Origin: Ginglymostoma cirratum
Lineage: Eukaryota
NCBI GenBank assembly: GCA_024137785.1
Contig: JAHRHZ010000235.1
Coordinates: 62,001-126,000, forward strand
DNA: 64,000 nucleotides
Direction of reading: 5' to 3'
Positions within the stretch are counted from its first letter, which is position 1, and each line of letters begins with the position of its first letter. Shown here one piece after another: positions 23,833-35,790 of the stretch. The position numbers were made by a program, and so were the translations under genes. The notes beneath the pieces were generated by a model. That model worked only from the letters and a program-made list of their open reading frames with translations. It made no database searches and was not told the DNA's origin.

Positions 23833-24582
23833 CATAACACATGCACACTCTCAGAGAGACAGTGACCAGCAGCAGAGTAATACAAGCACACTCAGAGAGA
23901 CACCTGCAGGCAGTACAGAGTAACACACACATTCAGAGAGGGACCTGCAAACAGCACAGAGTAACACACACTCAGTCAGAGAGATACCAACCAGCAGCAC
24001 AGACGAACACACGCACACACACAGAGACATCTACAGGCAGCACAGAGTAACACACTCACTCTCACATGGACACCGACAGGCAGTACAGAGATAAAAGGTA
24101 CTGCAGATGCTGGAGAATCCGAGACAACAAGGTGTGGCAGAGTGACACCTACAGATAGCACAGAGTAAAGCATGCACACTCAGAGAGACACTTACAGGCA
24201 GCACTGAGTAACACACTTACACTCAGAGAGACACAGACAGGCAGCAGAGACCAAAACAGTCATTCTCAGAGAGACACCTACAGGCAGTGCAGAGTAAGCA
24301 TCCACACTGAGCGTCATATAATTTCACGATGAATCGAGAATGGGGTTTGTGAAGGAGATTGAAGGTTAGGGTTTAATCTTCTCAAAACGTGGTTGAACAA
24401 CACTACAGCTGATTCAGTGTGAGATGACAGCTGAGAAAGGTGAATACTGAGTGTGGAACTTATTCAGTCTGAGTGGGGATGTATTTCAGACAGTGGGCTC
24501 TGTGCTCCCTGATGCACCGATTGCAATAGGATTTTCTGGAGCCAGAGTCATTGCAGCAGTGTAAACCGGGAGAATTGTGCAT

Positions 24583-24806
24583 GCTGTAAATCAGGAACAT
24601 AAACAGAAGTTGCTGGAAAAACTCAGCAGGTCTAGCAGCATCTGTGAAGAATAAATCAGAGTTAACATTTCAGGTGTGGTGACTGCTTCTCAGAGACAAC
24701 TGGGGGTGAGTTCTGAGGAAGGGTCATTGGACCCAAAATGTAACTCTGATCTTTTCTTCACAGATGCTGCCAGACATGCTGAGCTTTTCCAGCAACTTCT
24801 GTTTCA
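24583..24806. mobile_element. Fold-back (inverted) pair of Penelope-type terminal repeats
   Basis: AAACAGAAGTTGCTGGAAAAACTCAGCAGGTCTAGCAGCATCTGTGAAGA is inverted relative to TCTTCACAGATGCTGCCAGACATGCTGAGCTTTTCCAGCAACTTCTGTTT. Degenerate hammerhead cores lie in between. Confidence 0.75.
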
Positions 24807-26559
24807 GCCATTGCAGTAGTAACTGCCTGATTAGACTATACTAGCTAGCCATGGTCATATTTCAAAGGTCATGTAGCCCTAAACCAAGTGCAACAATATT
24901 ACCCTTTGGGGAGGGGGAGCTGTCTGAGTGAGGGCGATTGTTTACTATTAGCCCTAAGACGGGTCGCAGTGGGTTAATGAAGGGTAGTATCACCATGAAG
25001 TTGTCACTTTCTCTCCCACTACGTCAGCTGTGGTGACCTTCAGTTTAAACTCACCCCCAGTCATCTCTGCCTCTAATGAGCAAGTGGGACAATGCTGCTC
25101 TGGGATGGTGGCCACTTTCCTGGGGGATGGACGGAAGGTCTCTCTGAAAGGCAGAAAAGGACGGATCAAAGGGGTATCGAGGGTAAGTATGGGCAGGTCA
25201 AGGTTCATAGGGGGAGGGTGCGGGTTGGCAGCTCCAGGGATTGTCGTAAGGCACGTGTGGACAAGAGGGGAGTGTGTAGGGAGGGAGTGATGTGGAAGCA
25301 GTTTCAGTTGAAATGCAACCTTTGCGAGCAGCAGCATGACCTTCAGCACCATGGTGGGATGGGAGGTGGGTGTGTCCCTGACTCTGTGAGGATCATTGGT
25401 TGTTCTCCATGTTACTGCACATAGCCACTCGTCTGGTCACCATGCAAAGTCTAGCTCATGTCTACATCGTCTGCACCCGCCATCTACGCTATACTCCATC
25501 CTCTGCACCCACCGTCTATACCCACCATCCATGTTATACTCCATCCGTCTGAACCCATTGTCTACATGCACCGTCCATACTACCATCTAAACCCACGACC
25601 ACACTCTCCATCTGCACCGTCAGCCTACACCCGCCGTCTGCACCTTCCATCTGCACTCATCTTGTATAGTCACCGTGGGGATTCTGGGTGCTATGCTCTT
25701 CAGAGGGTCAGCATGGACTTGATGGGCCAAATAGCTTGCTTCCATGCTGCAGAGATTCTATGCTGCTAAGTGTTGTAACTTGACCCTCAATGTCTGTTTT
25801 TCTCACTGGGCTGATTAATAATAATTTCTAAATGCCATTTGATTTCTGTGATGTCAGGACTGACGTATGATGAGAGGGTGAGGCCACTCTGTCAGGTCAG
25901 TAAGTATCCATTCACAGATTCCACTCACTCCACTCCAACTACTTTTAATTTAGTCCCCTACTGCTATTCCATTATCTTTATTTATTTGTTCACTGCCCCC
26001 CAACGAACTGTGTTTGCAACCCATCTTTTGTTTTAATTTGCCAACTGGGTGATGTGTTTGGGGGGATTTTCAAAAGCAGGAAGAGCTGAATTCTTGTAGC
26101 ATCTTGTGCTGCATTTGTTGTGTGACTCGCTCAATATGGACAGCACAGTGGTTGGCACTGCTGCCTCACCGTGCCAGGGACGTGGGTTTAACAGTCCTAG
26201 AGTCTGACAGCATAGAAACAGGCCCTTCTGACCAACTAACACCAACTAACACTAATTCCATTTACCTGCACTTGCCTGAAGCTCACTATGCCCTGCTATT
26301 TTAAACACTCATCCAGATACGTTTTAGATGTGTGTTTTTCGGTCAGCACAACTCTCTCAGGCAGCACGTTCCATATATTTACCACATTCTGGGTCAAAAA
26401 ATGCTTTCGCTTTAACCTTATGCCCTCTTGTCTTAAAAAGGTCTGAGTGAGGTGTGGAGGTTGGTGAACAGTGTGAGAAGTCAGGAGTGGAGGCTGGAGA
26501 AGGAAGAGGCTTGTGTTCTGGAAAGCAGCACAACAGGGAAAGAGACCCAGGAGCTGGTA

Positions 26560-27580
26560 AGAACAGACTACAAGCTTCCTACCAGTAGCTATATGGTGGG
26601 AAAGAGAATAAATCAAGAAATAATGAGGGCATGTAACAAAGTCTGTTCATTAGTTCTGTGTGGTTTTAATCCTCATGTTGATTGGAATCGTCACATTCGC
26701 AGAGGAAACCACGAGGAGGAACTTGCAGAGTGTTTTCTGAGAAAAATGTATTGCCATATAACCAGGGATCACATTGTTTTGGGTCTGATGATGTGTCATG
26801 AGGCAGGTTTCATAAATGATGTCAGAAACAAAGATCTCCTTGGAAACGGTGACCATAACATTGGAGATTAAGCATTGAGGGAGGAATTTGGGATTATAGA
26901 ACTGTACTGATCTTAAATAAATGCAATTTCAATGCAAATCCTTTCCTTCATCAGTTGAGACTTAGAGTGTAAGAACAGGGAGTTTATGCTGGATCTGTAT
27001 AAAACATTGGAGTCTGGGTGGGATGCACTTCAGAGGGTCAGCTAGAGTACTGCGTGGAATACACATCATAGGAGGGATGTGATTGCACTGGAGAGGGTGT
27101 GGATGAGATTTACCAGGACAGTGCCTGGGCTAGAGAGTTTCAGTGTCAAAGAGAGTTTGGACAGTCAGGGTTGTTTTCCTTCGAGCAGAAGAGACTGAGA
27201 GGGGACATGATTGAGAAGTAGAAGCTTATGAGGGCCTGGAATAGGGTAAATAGGAAGAAACTTTTTCCCCTTGGTGGAGGGATCATTGACCAAGGGGCAT
27301 AGATTTAAGGAAAGGAGCAGAAAGTTGAGAGGAGATGTGAGGAAAAACGTTTTAACCCAGAGGGTGGTGGGAATCTGGAACTCACTGTCTGTAAGGGTGG
27401 GAGAGACAGAAACACTCAGAACATTTGAAGAAGTATTTAGATGTGCGCTTGCAATGCCAAGGCATAAAAGGTTATGGGCCAGGTGCTGGAAAATGGGATT
27501 ACAATAGCTAGGTGCTTGTTTTGACCAAATTGTACGTGATGGGCTGAACAGCCTTTTTCTGAGCTCAATGATTCTATGAA
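26560..27580 (+). mobile_element. CR1 LINE fragments
   Basis: Endonuclease piece (GFNPHVDW...LLGNGDHN) and ORF2 C-terminus (TQRVVGIWNSL). Confidence 0.75.
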
Positions 27581-27863
27581 TGCAGCCAGAGCTGGCAGGA
27601 GTAGACTGGGGAAGGGGTTTTACAGTAAAGATGGTTGAGGAACAATGACATACATTGATGTCTCAGTGCTAGTTGGAAGTTCTGGTGATGAGGCATTCTG
27701 CCAAATGACTTTTACAATCTGCTCAGGGAACTACATGCCAGGATCACCACCTATCCTTTTCCTTCATGGTATCAATGATGCTACATCCTAACCACTTCCT
27801 GATGGACTTATTCCTTGTGTTTCTCTTTGCAAATTTTTCTGTGAAGGACAGTAGATACAGAAA

Positions 27864-28172
27864 CGGTACAGTGGCTCAGTGGTTTGCGCTGCTGCCTCAC
27901 AGCGCCAGGAACCCGGATTTCACCTTGGGGCGACTGTCTGTGTGGAGTTTGCACATTCTCCCCGTGTCTGTGTATGTTTCCTCCGGGTGCGCCGGTTTCC
28001 TCCATTAGTCCAAAGATGTTCAGGCTAGGTGGATTGGCTATGCTAAAATTGCCCTTAGTGTTCAGGGATGTGTAGATTAGGTGGGTTTGGGGAATGGGTC
28101 TGGGTGGAATGTTCTGAGCGTCGGTGTGGACTTGTTGGGCCGAATGGCTGTTTCCACACTGTAGGGATTCAA
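27864..28172 (+). mobile_element. HE1-type V-SINE
   Basis: tRNA-derived head (GTGGCTCAGTGG A-box), V-domain TGTGTGGAGTTTGCACATTCTCCCCGTGTCTG, and a CR1-like tail GGGCCGAATGGCTGTTTCCACACTGTAGGGATTC. Confidence 0.85.
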
Positions 28173-28174
28173 TA

Positions 28175-30245
28175 GAGTCTGTGAGAATAGGAGTAGCGAA
28201 AGATGGAGATAGAGCCCAATGTGAGAGAAAGACAGTTGGACAAAGGAGTGGATAACGATCAACCTGGGAGAATGAATAGCTCCTAATGGGGACAATTTGT
28301 GGCGAACAATGGGTTGTGTGTAAAAAGCAGACCATGTGATAACAAGAGATGACACAGTGTGGAGCTGGAGGAACACAGCAGGCCAGGCAGCATCAGTCAA
28401 GCAGGAAAGCTGACGTTTCCAGGGTGGAGGAAGTAAACAGGCAAGTGTTACACCTTCTGTGATTGCAAGGGAAGGTGTCATGGGGGTGTGGGAGTGGTGT
28501 TGGGAGTGAAGGAGGAGTCGGCCAGGGTGTCCCAGAGGGAACGGTCCCTGTGGAAAGCTGAGGTGGGAGGCGATGGGAACTTGTGTCTGGTGGTGGCATC
28601 CCACCGGAGGTGGAAGAAATGACAACTAATGGTTCTGTGGATATGATGGCTGGTGGGATGGTTGGCGTAGACGAGGGAGCCCCGATTGATATTCTGGGAG
28701 TGGAGAGAGTGGGTGGCGGCTGAACTGTGGGAGATTGGTCGTACCCAGTTGAGGGCCATGTCAACTACGGTGCTGGGGAATCCTTGGTTGAGGAATAAGG
28801 TGGATATTTCAGAGCGTCCCTAGTTAATGTTGGCGTCATTAGAACTGATTTGATGGAGACAGAGGAGCTGGGAGAATGGAATCGGGTCTTTACAGGAAGC
28901 AGGGTGTGAGAACGTTCAGTGAAGGTAGTTGTTGGAGTCGGTAGTTTGTAATGGTTATCAGTGGCCGTCCTATCTCCTGAGATGGAAACAGAGACATTGA
29001 GGAAGGGAAAGGAAGAGACAGAGATGGGCCAGATGAAGGTGAGAGCAGGGTGGAAATTGGAAGCAAAAATGATAAACTTTTCCAATTCCAGACAAGAGAG
29101 GGAAGCAACACCGATGATATCATTGACTGGAACAAGGACAGTTCCACGTACTCCACAAAGAAACAGGCAGAAACGGGAGCCATGTGGATATCCATGGCCA
29201 TCCCCTGTTGACCTGAACAAAGAGGAATTAAAAAAGACGTTGTTCAAAGTGAGGACAAGGCTCAGGCAGACAAAAGGCGTTATTGGTAGATTGGACAGTT
29301 CAGGCTTATTTTCCAGGAAGAAGCGGAGAGCACTAAGATCACCCTGATGGGGGACAGACTTGTAAAGGGATTGTATGTCCCTGGTGAAGAGGAGACAGCT
29401 GGACCTGCAAACTTGAAATTACGAAAACATCAGGAGAATGTTGGATGTAAATGGGATGGGGCAGGAAAAGGGGAGAAAAAATTGGGTTGAAGTAGATAAG
29501 CTCCGAGAAGCAGGAGCTTACAGAAACAATGGGTCTGCTCAGGCAATTGTGTTTGTGGGTTTTGGGAAGGATGTAGAAATGAGCTTCCTTCCACTCTCCC
29601 CCACCAGACCACTCACAAGTTTCATTTCATCCTCCAGCTCATTCCAAATGCTGACAAGAAACCTTTCCTTTCAGGCATCAAGGAACACAGGATGTAACAA
29701 CTCAGAGATACCCACGGCCCCAGGGGACCGTCCTTCCCTTTAGTCTGACTCCATCCCTTCTCCCAACCCCACGTCTTGCCGTGTATTTACTGTCCCTTCT
29801 GACCTTCTGCCCTCTGATACTGCATGTTCTTTTCTCAACAAATGATTCAGTTCTATCCCTCTGTGCCCCCACATTAATGAATTTCTGATTGGACATGACA
29901 TTGAACTCTTCTTCTGACGTCTCCCACTCCGTGCCTATTTCTTTGAGCAAGATTCTTCTCCTCATCCCACAGACCACTTCACCCACCTCCAACACGCTCT
30001 CTCCATCTGGACCCCTCCCTCTTGCCTTTAACCTGCACTCGACATTTACTTCGAGAACTGTTGATGTGACACTGGTCGTCTCAATTTCTTGGCTCGCCCT
30101 TACCCATTACGCCTCCCTCCCTGAACTGACGGCAATCCGTACTCTTAGAGCTAGCCCTGACTCTGCAATCGAGCCACCCGACAAGGGCAGTGCTGTTGCT
30201 GTCTGGCGTAATGACCTCTACGTTACAGAGGCAGTTAGAAACTGA
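28175..30245. mobile_element. Penelope-like element fragments (RT on -, N-terminal RT piece on +)
   Basis: Minus ORFs with DTFPCNHRRCNTC and LEKFIIFASNFHPALTF. Plus-strand PPDKGSAVAVWRNDLY at about 30170-30240. Confidence 0.75.
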
Positions 30246-31957
30246 AGCTTCTGCAGCTTCTCCTGGTATCCAGCTCCATGATTAAATCAGGAGCAGTTTC
30301 AACAGAGGGACCCCATTTTGCATCAACACACACTGACACCATCATCAGAACAGAAGGAATAGGGACAGCATTCAGCCCCTGCTGCCTCTATCTCCCTCTA
30401 TCACTCAATCTCGATGCTAACTTGTACCTGTGAAGGGGTTCTCTTGGGATCAATGTTTAATAGAAGGGCCTGGGTATCAGTATATTTTCGATGCTGTAGG
30501 GTTTATGAGCTTCTGGGGAAGGGGATACAGGGTCCGTTCTTTGCCGTCAGGCAGTGATGGCTGTTCCAGTGTGTCAGACTGTGATGCTGTTGTTTGCTGA
30601 CACTGACACTATGAAATCGATTGCAAGGGCACTCAGTGTGACAGGAGGTTATGCAGCTTGATCAGTGGCGAGGGAGGAGCAGGCTGAACAAGGAGCTGCA
30701 ATCATCAGGCACTGCCGTAAATCTTCACACAGCACACACCGTCCGGAAACTTCTTCACCAAAAATTCTTTTAGCTCCTCCATGGCAGCCCTGGACCTGAA
30801 ACGGGAAAAAGAGAAAGACATCTTTTCGAGAGGCTCCTGAACACAATGGACGCTATGCATTCCCCACTACTGACGTTCCGTCCATCCACATTGAACTCAT
30901 TGTTGAAGCTGCAGCCCAGCTCCTGTTCCTATCCATATGTTTCAGTCAAGGAGACAGAGAAGGCTCCAGCACAAGAGGAGGCTGTTCAGCCCCTCATGTC
31001 AGTGCTAGTTGTTTACTAACATCATTCACAATAAACATCTTTGTGATTGGAGAGCAATTCCCAACCATGGTCCACAAAGGCTATTCAGCCCACTATGTTT
31101 GTGAGTGACCCTATTAGTCCCACTGCCCCCATCTCTCCCCATAACTCAGCAAGCTTTCCTTTCAGCTAGATCTCCAATTCCCTCTTGTAGACCTGGGTCC
31201 ACAGCATGAGACAGCCCCTAACCTGGTCTCCAGGGACATCTCATTCATTCATTGGGACACAAACTGCCTGGGTTGGGAAATGAAGGTTAGGACCCTGAAC
31301 AGTCCCTCTCCCATCCTGAGGGATACTTCATGCCAGGATGGACACCAACAGTACATTCCTACCTCATGAACTTCCCCATTCTGCATGTGGAAGGCTTGAT
31401 ATTCAACTGTGTGGGCCATCACTAATCTCCATAGTTTGGTTGAGGAATCCATGACTTGGAAGAGGGGCGGGAAGAAGAGTGGGATATCAGAGAGCAGGCT
31501 CTAAGCGTCTGAAGACTCTGCTGTCAGTGATGGGATAGAGAATGAGGTGATGCCAGGAGACCAGAATCAAAAGATGGAAGGGGGAGGGAGAGAATGTGAG
31601 TCTGCAACAGAAGACAGAGAGTGGTAGGAGGGAGGCTATGGAGGCATTTGGAGGGCAGTGAGGTAAGGCAGAGGTGTCAAAGATGTCAGGGGGATAAGGT
31701 CAGTGAGGGCAGGGGAAGGAGGTTAGTGAGGTCAAAGGTAGGGGTCATTAAGGTCAGGGCAAGGACGTCACTGAGGCCGGGAAGGGATCACTGAGGCCAA
31801 GGGTAATTCTGGAATGACATTTGGTGTGAGACACGGAAGGGGCAATTCCATTCCACTCAAAGATAATAGATTCTGCAGATGCTGGAGAATCCGAGATAAC
31901 AAGGTGTGGAGTTGGATGAACTCAGCAGGCCAAGCAGCATCATAGGAGCAGGAAAGC

Positions 31958-31989
31958 TTGACGTTTCGGGCCTAGTCCCTTCATCAGAA
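31958..31989 (-). ncRNA. Minimal type I hammerhead ribozyme motif (PLE-associated)
   Basis: Minus strand reads TT-CTGATGA-A-GGGACTAGGCCC-GAAAC-GTC-AA. Confidence 0.65.
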
Positions 31990-32389
31990 NNNNNNNNNNN
32001 NNNNNNNNNNNNNNNNNNNNNNNNNNNNNNNNNNNNNNNNNNNNNNNNNNNNNNNNNNNNNNNNNNNNNNNNNNNNNNNNNNNNNNNNNNNNNNNNNNNN
32101 NNNNNNNNNNNNNNNNNNNNNNNNNNNNNNNNNNNNNNNNNNNNNNNNNNNNNNNNNNNNNNNNNNNNNNNNNNNNNNNNNNNNNNNNNNNNNNNNNNNN
32201 NNNNNNNNNNNNNNNNNNNNNNNNNNNNNNNNNNNNNNNNNNNNNNNNNNNNNNNNNNNNNNNNNNNNNNNNNNNNNNNNNNNNNNNNNNNNNNNNNNNN
32301 NNNNNNNNNNNNNNNNNNNNNNNNNNNNNNNNNNNNNNNNNNNNNNNNNNNNNNNNNNNNNNNNNNNNNNNNNNNNNNNNNNNNNNNNN
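31990..32389. other. Assembly gap (400 N)
   Basis: Run of N. Confidence 1.
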
Positions 32390-32402
32390 AAAAAATCATT
32401 TT

Positions 32403-32434
32403 TTCTGATGAAGGGTCTAGGCCCGAAACGTCAA
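32403..32434 (+). ncRNA. Minimal type I hammerhead ribozyme motif (PLE-associated)
   Basis: CTGATGA (32405-32411), A, helix II GGGTCTAGGCCC, GAAAC-GTC (32425-32432). Confidence 0.65.
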
Positions 32435-33589
32435 GCTTTCCTGCTCCTATGATGCTGCTTGGCCTGCTGAGTTCATCCAACTCCACACCTTGTTATCTGC
32501 ATTTCACTCAAATTGGGGTTTGTGGAGTGTGAATGGAGGAAGACGCGAGAGGACATCGGAATCATAGAGTTAGGAGGTAGGATGAGCAGGAATAAAGGTT
32601 TCTGTATTCATATGGCTGATGTAATGCAAAGATGGACAATGTTGTGGAGATTGAAATAGTATTGGAGAGGAGGTGAGGTTTGAAGCTCATATATTGGAGG
32701 ATCCAGAAAGATGAAGGCCCATGTTTATTGGTTTCTGTTGGGCAGTCCAGAGGGAAGGGGGTCCATCTTTATTGTTCTGTATTGGAGGGTCCAGACGGAA
32801 GGGGGTCCATGTTTATTGCTCCCTATTGAAGGGTCCAGAAGGAAGGGGGCCCATGTTTATTGGTGAAGAATTCACATCCAATGGAGAGGAAGAGCAGAGG
32901 AAGATTTAATCCGCATTTAATTATATTCACCTGGGAGATGGGTAGAAAGGGAGGCAGATGGGTTGGGAGAGAGGAAGGGAGAGAGAGTGAAAGAGAAAGA
33001 GGGAGAGATAAAGAGGGAGAGAAAGAGAGAAAGAGAAGGAAACTATGAGTGAGATGGAGAGAGAGGAGGCATTGGACTGCTGTCCCAGGACTCAATGTTC
33101 CAATGTTCAGCAGTAACACGTGGTATAGGGATGAGTTAGAGAATGACAGAGAGAGGCAGGGTGGGAGTGAGAGTTGAGCGGGCAGTGGGACAAGCATCAA
33201 GAAAAACAGAAATGGGGAGAGAGAGACTGATAGAGACCATGGGACAGTGAAAGAGTTAGGAGTAGAGTGAGACAGACGGCGGGTCATGGATGGAGAGAGA
33301 GATGGGAGCGAGGGACGGTAAAGGAGTCGGAAGATGACAGAATCAGAAGTGGACTGAGACAGAGAGATAGAGATGGAGAGACAAAAAGAGAGAAAGATAT
33401 GGAAAGATATAAAGATAAGGAGTGACAGAATGTCAGATAGAGAGAGAGTCAGGAGTATATACATATACAGAGAGAGATAAAGATGATAGAGAGAGGTAGA
33501 GAGCGATAGAGTTTCTGTGGAATAGGGAATGAAAGAATCGGGAGTAGAGAGAGAGAATATTTGACAGAAATAGGCACAGATAGGTCTTT

Positions 33590-35790
33590 TTCATTTGGTC
33601 AAAATGAACCAAATGGGTTTGCTACAGGGATCAGTACTGGGCCCTCATCTGCTTCCAGTTTCTACCAATGACTTGGATGAGGATGGGGGGAAGGAAATTG
33701 TCAACAAGACGAAGGTTGGTTGCTAAGTAAGTTGTGACATGACTGGGAAAGTTGTGACAAATGGAGAATGATGTGGGAAAATATGAAATTTTCGACTTTA
33801 CAGGAAGGATAAGAAAGAAGTGTATTATCTAAATGGGGAGAGATTGCAGAGCTCAGAGATGCAGAGGGATCTGGGTGTGCCAATACATGAATCATAGAAG
33901 TCACAGCAATTCATCAGGAAAGTTCAGAGCATGTTCTCATTTATCACGAGGGGAACTGAATACAGAAGTCAGGAGAGTATGCTTCAGTTTAACAGGACAC
34001 TAGTGAATCAGACGTAACAGTATTACAATTGAGTAAAGGTAACTACAAAGACACGAGAGAAGACATGGCCAGACTTGATTGGAAGGGGAGCCAAGCAGGG
34101 AAAATGGTGGAGCAGCAATGGCAGGGGTTTCTGGGGGTAATTCAGGGGGCAGAACAGAAATTCATCCCAAGGAAGTAGAAACATTCTAAAGCGAGGAAGA
34201 GGCAAACATGGCTGACAAGGGAAGTCAGGGACAGCATAAAAGCAAAAGAAAAAGGAAAACACACAACATGATGACAATTTGTGGGACGCCAGAGGACTGG
34301 GAAGCCTTTACGAAAAAATGGAAGATAACTAAAAAAAACAATATGGGTGGAGAAGATGAAATATGAGGGTTAACCAACTAATAATGTAACAGAAGATGGC
34401 AAGAGGTTTTTTAATAATTAAAAGGAACGAGAGAGGCAGAGTGAAAATTCACTTTCTGCAAAATGAGATTGCTGAAGTAGTAAAGGGGAACAAACAAATG
34501 GTAGAGGCAGTGAGTTGGTACTTTGCATCAGTTTTCAGAGTGGGAGACATCAGCTGCAAACTAGAACTTCAAGACAGTCAGGGGAAGAGGTGAGTGTAGT
34601 GGTGATCACTAAAGAGAAGGTGCTGGGGAAGTTGAAACAGCTGAAGGTGGATGCATGACCTGGGCCAGATGGACTACTTGGGCTAGCGCAGTGGCTCAGC
34701 GGTTAACACTGCTACATCACAGTGCCAGGGACATCGGTTTGATTCCAGCCTTGGGCAACTTTTCGTGGGAAGTTTGCACATTCTCTGTATCTCTACATGT
34801 GTTTCCACCGGGTGCTTCAGTTTCCTCCTAGAGTCCAAAGATGTGCAGGTTGGTTGGATTGGCCACTCTAAATTGCCCATAGTATCCGGGGATGTGCAGC
34901 CTAGGTGTATTAACTATGAGAAATGCAGGAATAGGGCAGGGGTGTGAGTCTGGCTGTGATGCTCTACAAAAGGACTTGATGAGCCAAATGACCTGCTTCC
35001 AAATCGCAGGGATTCTGTATATACATCCTAGAGTTCTGAAGGAGATAGCTGAGGAGCATGGGGCGGGAGAAGGGTGGCTTGGTGGCTTTGATCATCAGAA
35101 CAGTTCAGAGAATGTTCTCATTTATCACAAGGGGAATTGAATACAAAAGTTAGGAGAATCTGCTTCAGTTCAGGGAGTCAGGGAAAGTCCCGGAGGACTG
35201 GCAAATGGTTATTGTAACACTGCAGTTTGTGAAGGGAAGGAGGCAGAAAATGAGAAATTATGAATTGGTAAGATTTTAAACTCCATTGTTAAGGATGAAG
35301 AGTACTTGGATGTGCATGGTAAAATAAGGCTTTGTCATGGGGATGTTCTGCCTGACAGTCTGTTAGATTCTGAGGGGAGGGAATGAGCACGTGAGACAAA
35401 GCAGAGCCAGTAGACATGATCGATTTGGATTCTGAGGTGGTGTTTGTGATGTGTTTTGCTGCAGGTGGCTAAATATGAGGACAGCCTATGGTGTTAGAAA
35501 CAAGGTACTGACATGGATAGAGAATTGACAGACTTTCCAGACGCGGAGAGTGCAGATAAAGGGGTCTTTCTCAGAATGTTATCCAGTGACTAGTAGTGTT
35601 CTGCAGGGGTCCGTGTCGGGACCTCAAACATTCATGTTATATATTAATGATCTAGACAAAAGAATTGAGGGAATTATATCTAAGTTTTCAGATTGCACAA
35701 AGATAGGCGTAGGGTCAAATGGTTAAATGGTGGAGTAGATTTAATGGGCCAAATAGCCTGATTCTGCTTCTCTATTTTATGGTTTTATGA
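33590..35790 (+). mobile_element. CR1 LINE fragments
   Basis: Degenerate QGSVLGP motifs (about 33625 and 35603) and PGPDG...HPRVLKEIAEE, split by a SINE. Confidence 0.7.
34680..35018 (+). mobile_element. HE1-type V-SINE (diverged)
   Basis: Head GTGGCTCAGCGGTTAACACTGCT...GGTTTGATTCC, V-domain AGTTTGCACATTCTC, tail GCAGGGATTCT. Confidence 0.8.

Larger units (their letters stand above)
18740..24310. repeat. About 34-bp minisatellite in three pieces (18740-18910, 22112-22512, 23832-24310)
   Basis: Unit CACACTCAGAGAGACACCTACAGGCAGCACAGAGTAA-like. The array is interrupted by a Penelope-like element, a CR1 and a small PLE end fragment (about 24090-24137). Confidence 0.85.
31861..32499. mobile_element. 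Young inverted pair of Penelope-type termini spanning an assembly gap
   Basis: 31892-31989 is a near-perfect reverse complement of 32403-32498. The pair is flanked by a probable 12-bp target-site duplication, CATTCCACTCAA (31849-31860) / CATTTCACTCAA (32500-32511). Confidence 0.85.

Noticed and set aside
27864-27930. tRNA gene-like A/B boxes (also at 34680, 37955 and 26138)
   Set aside because: These are tRNA-derived SINE heads, three of them followed by a V-domain and LINE-like tail. No complete cloverleaf.
31857-32532. Mirror-image 208/209-aa ORFs on both strands
   Set aside because: Artefact of translating through 400 N between inverted repeats.
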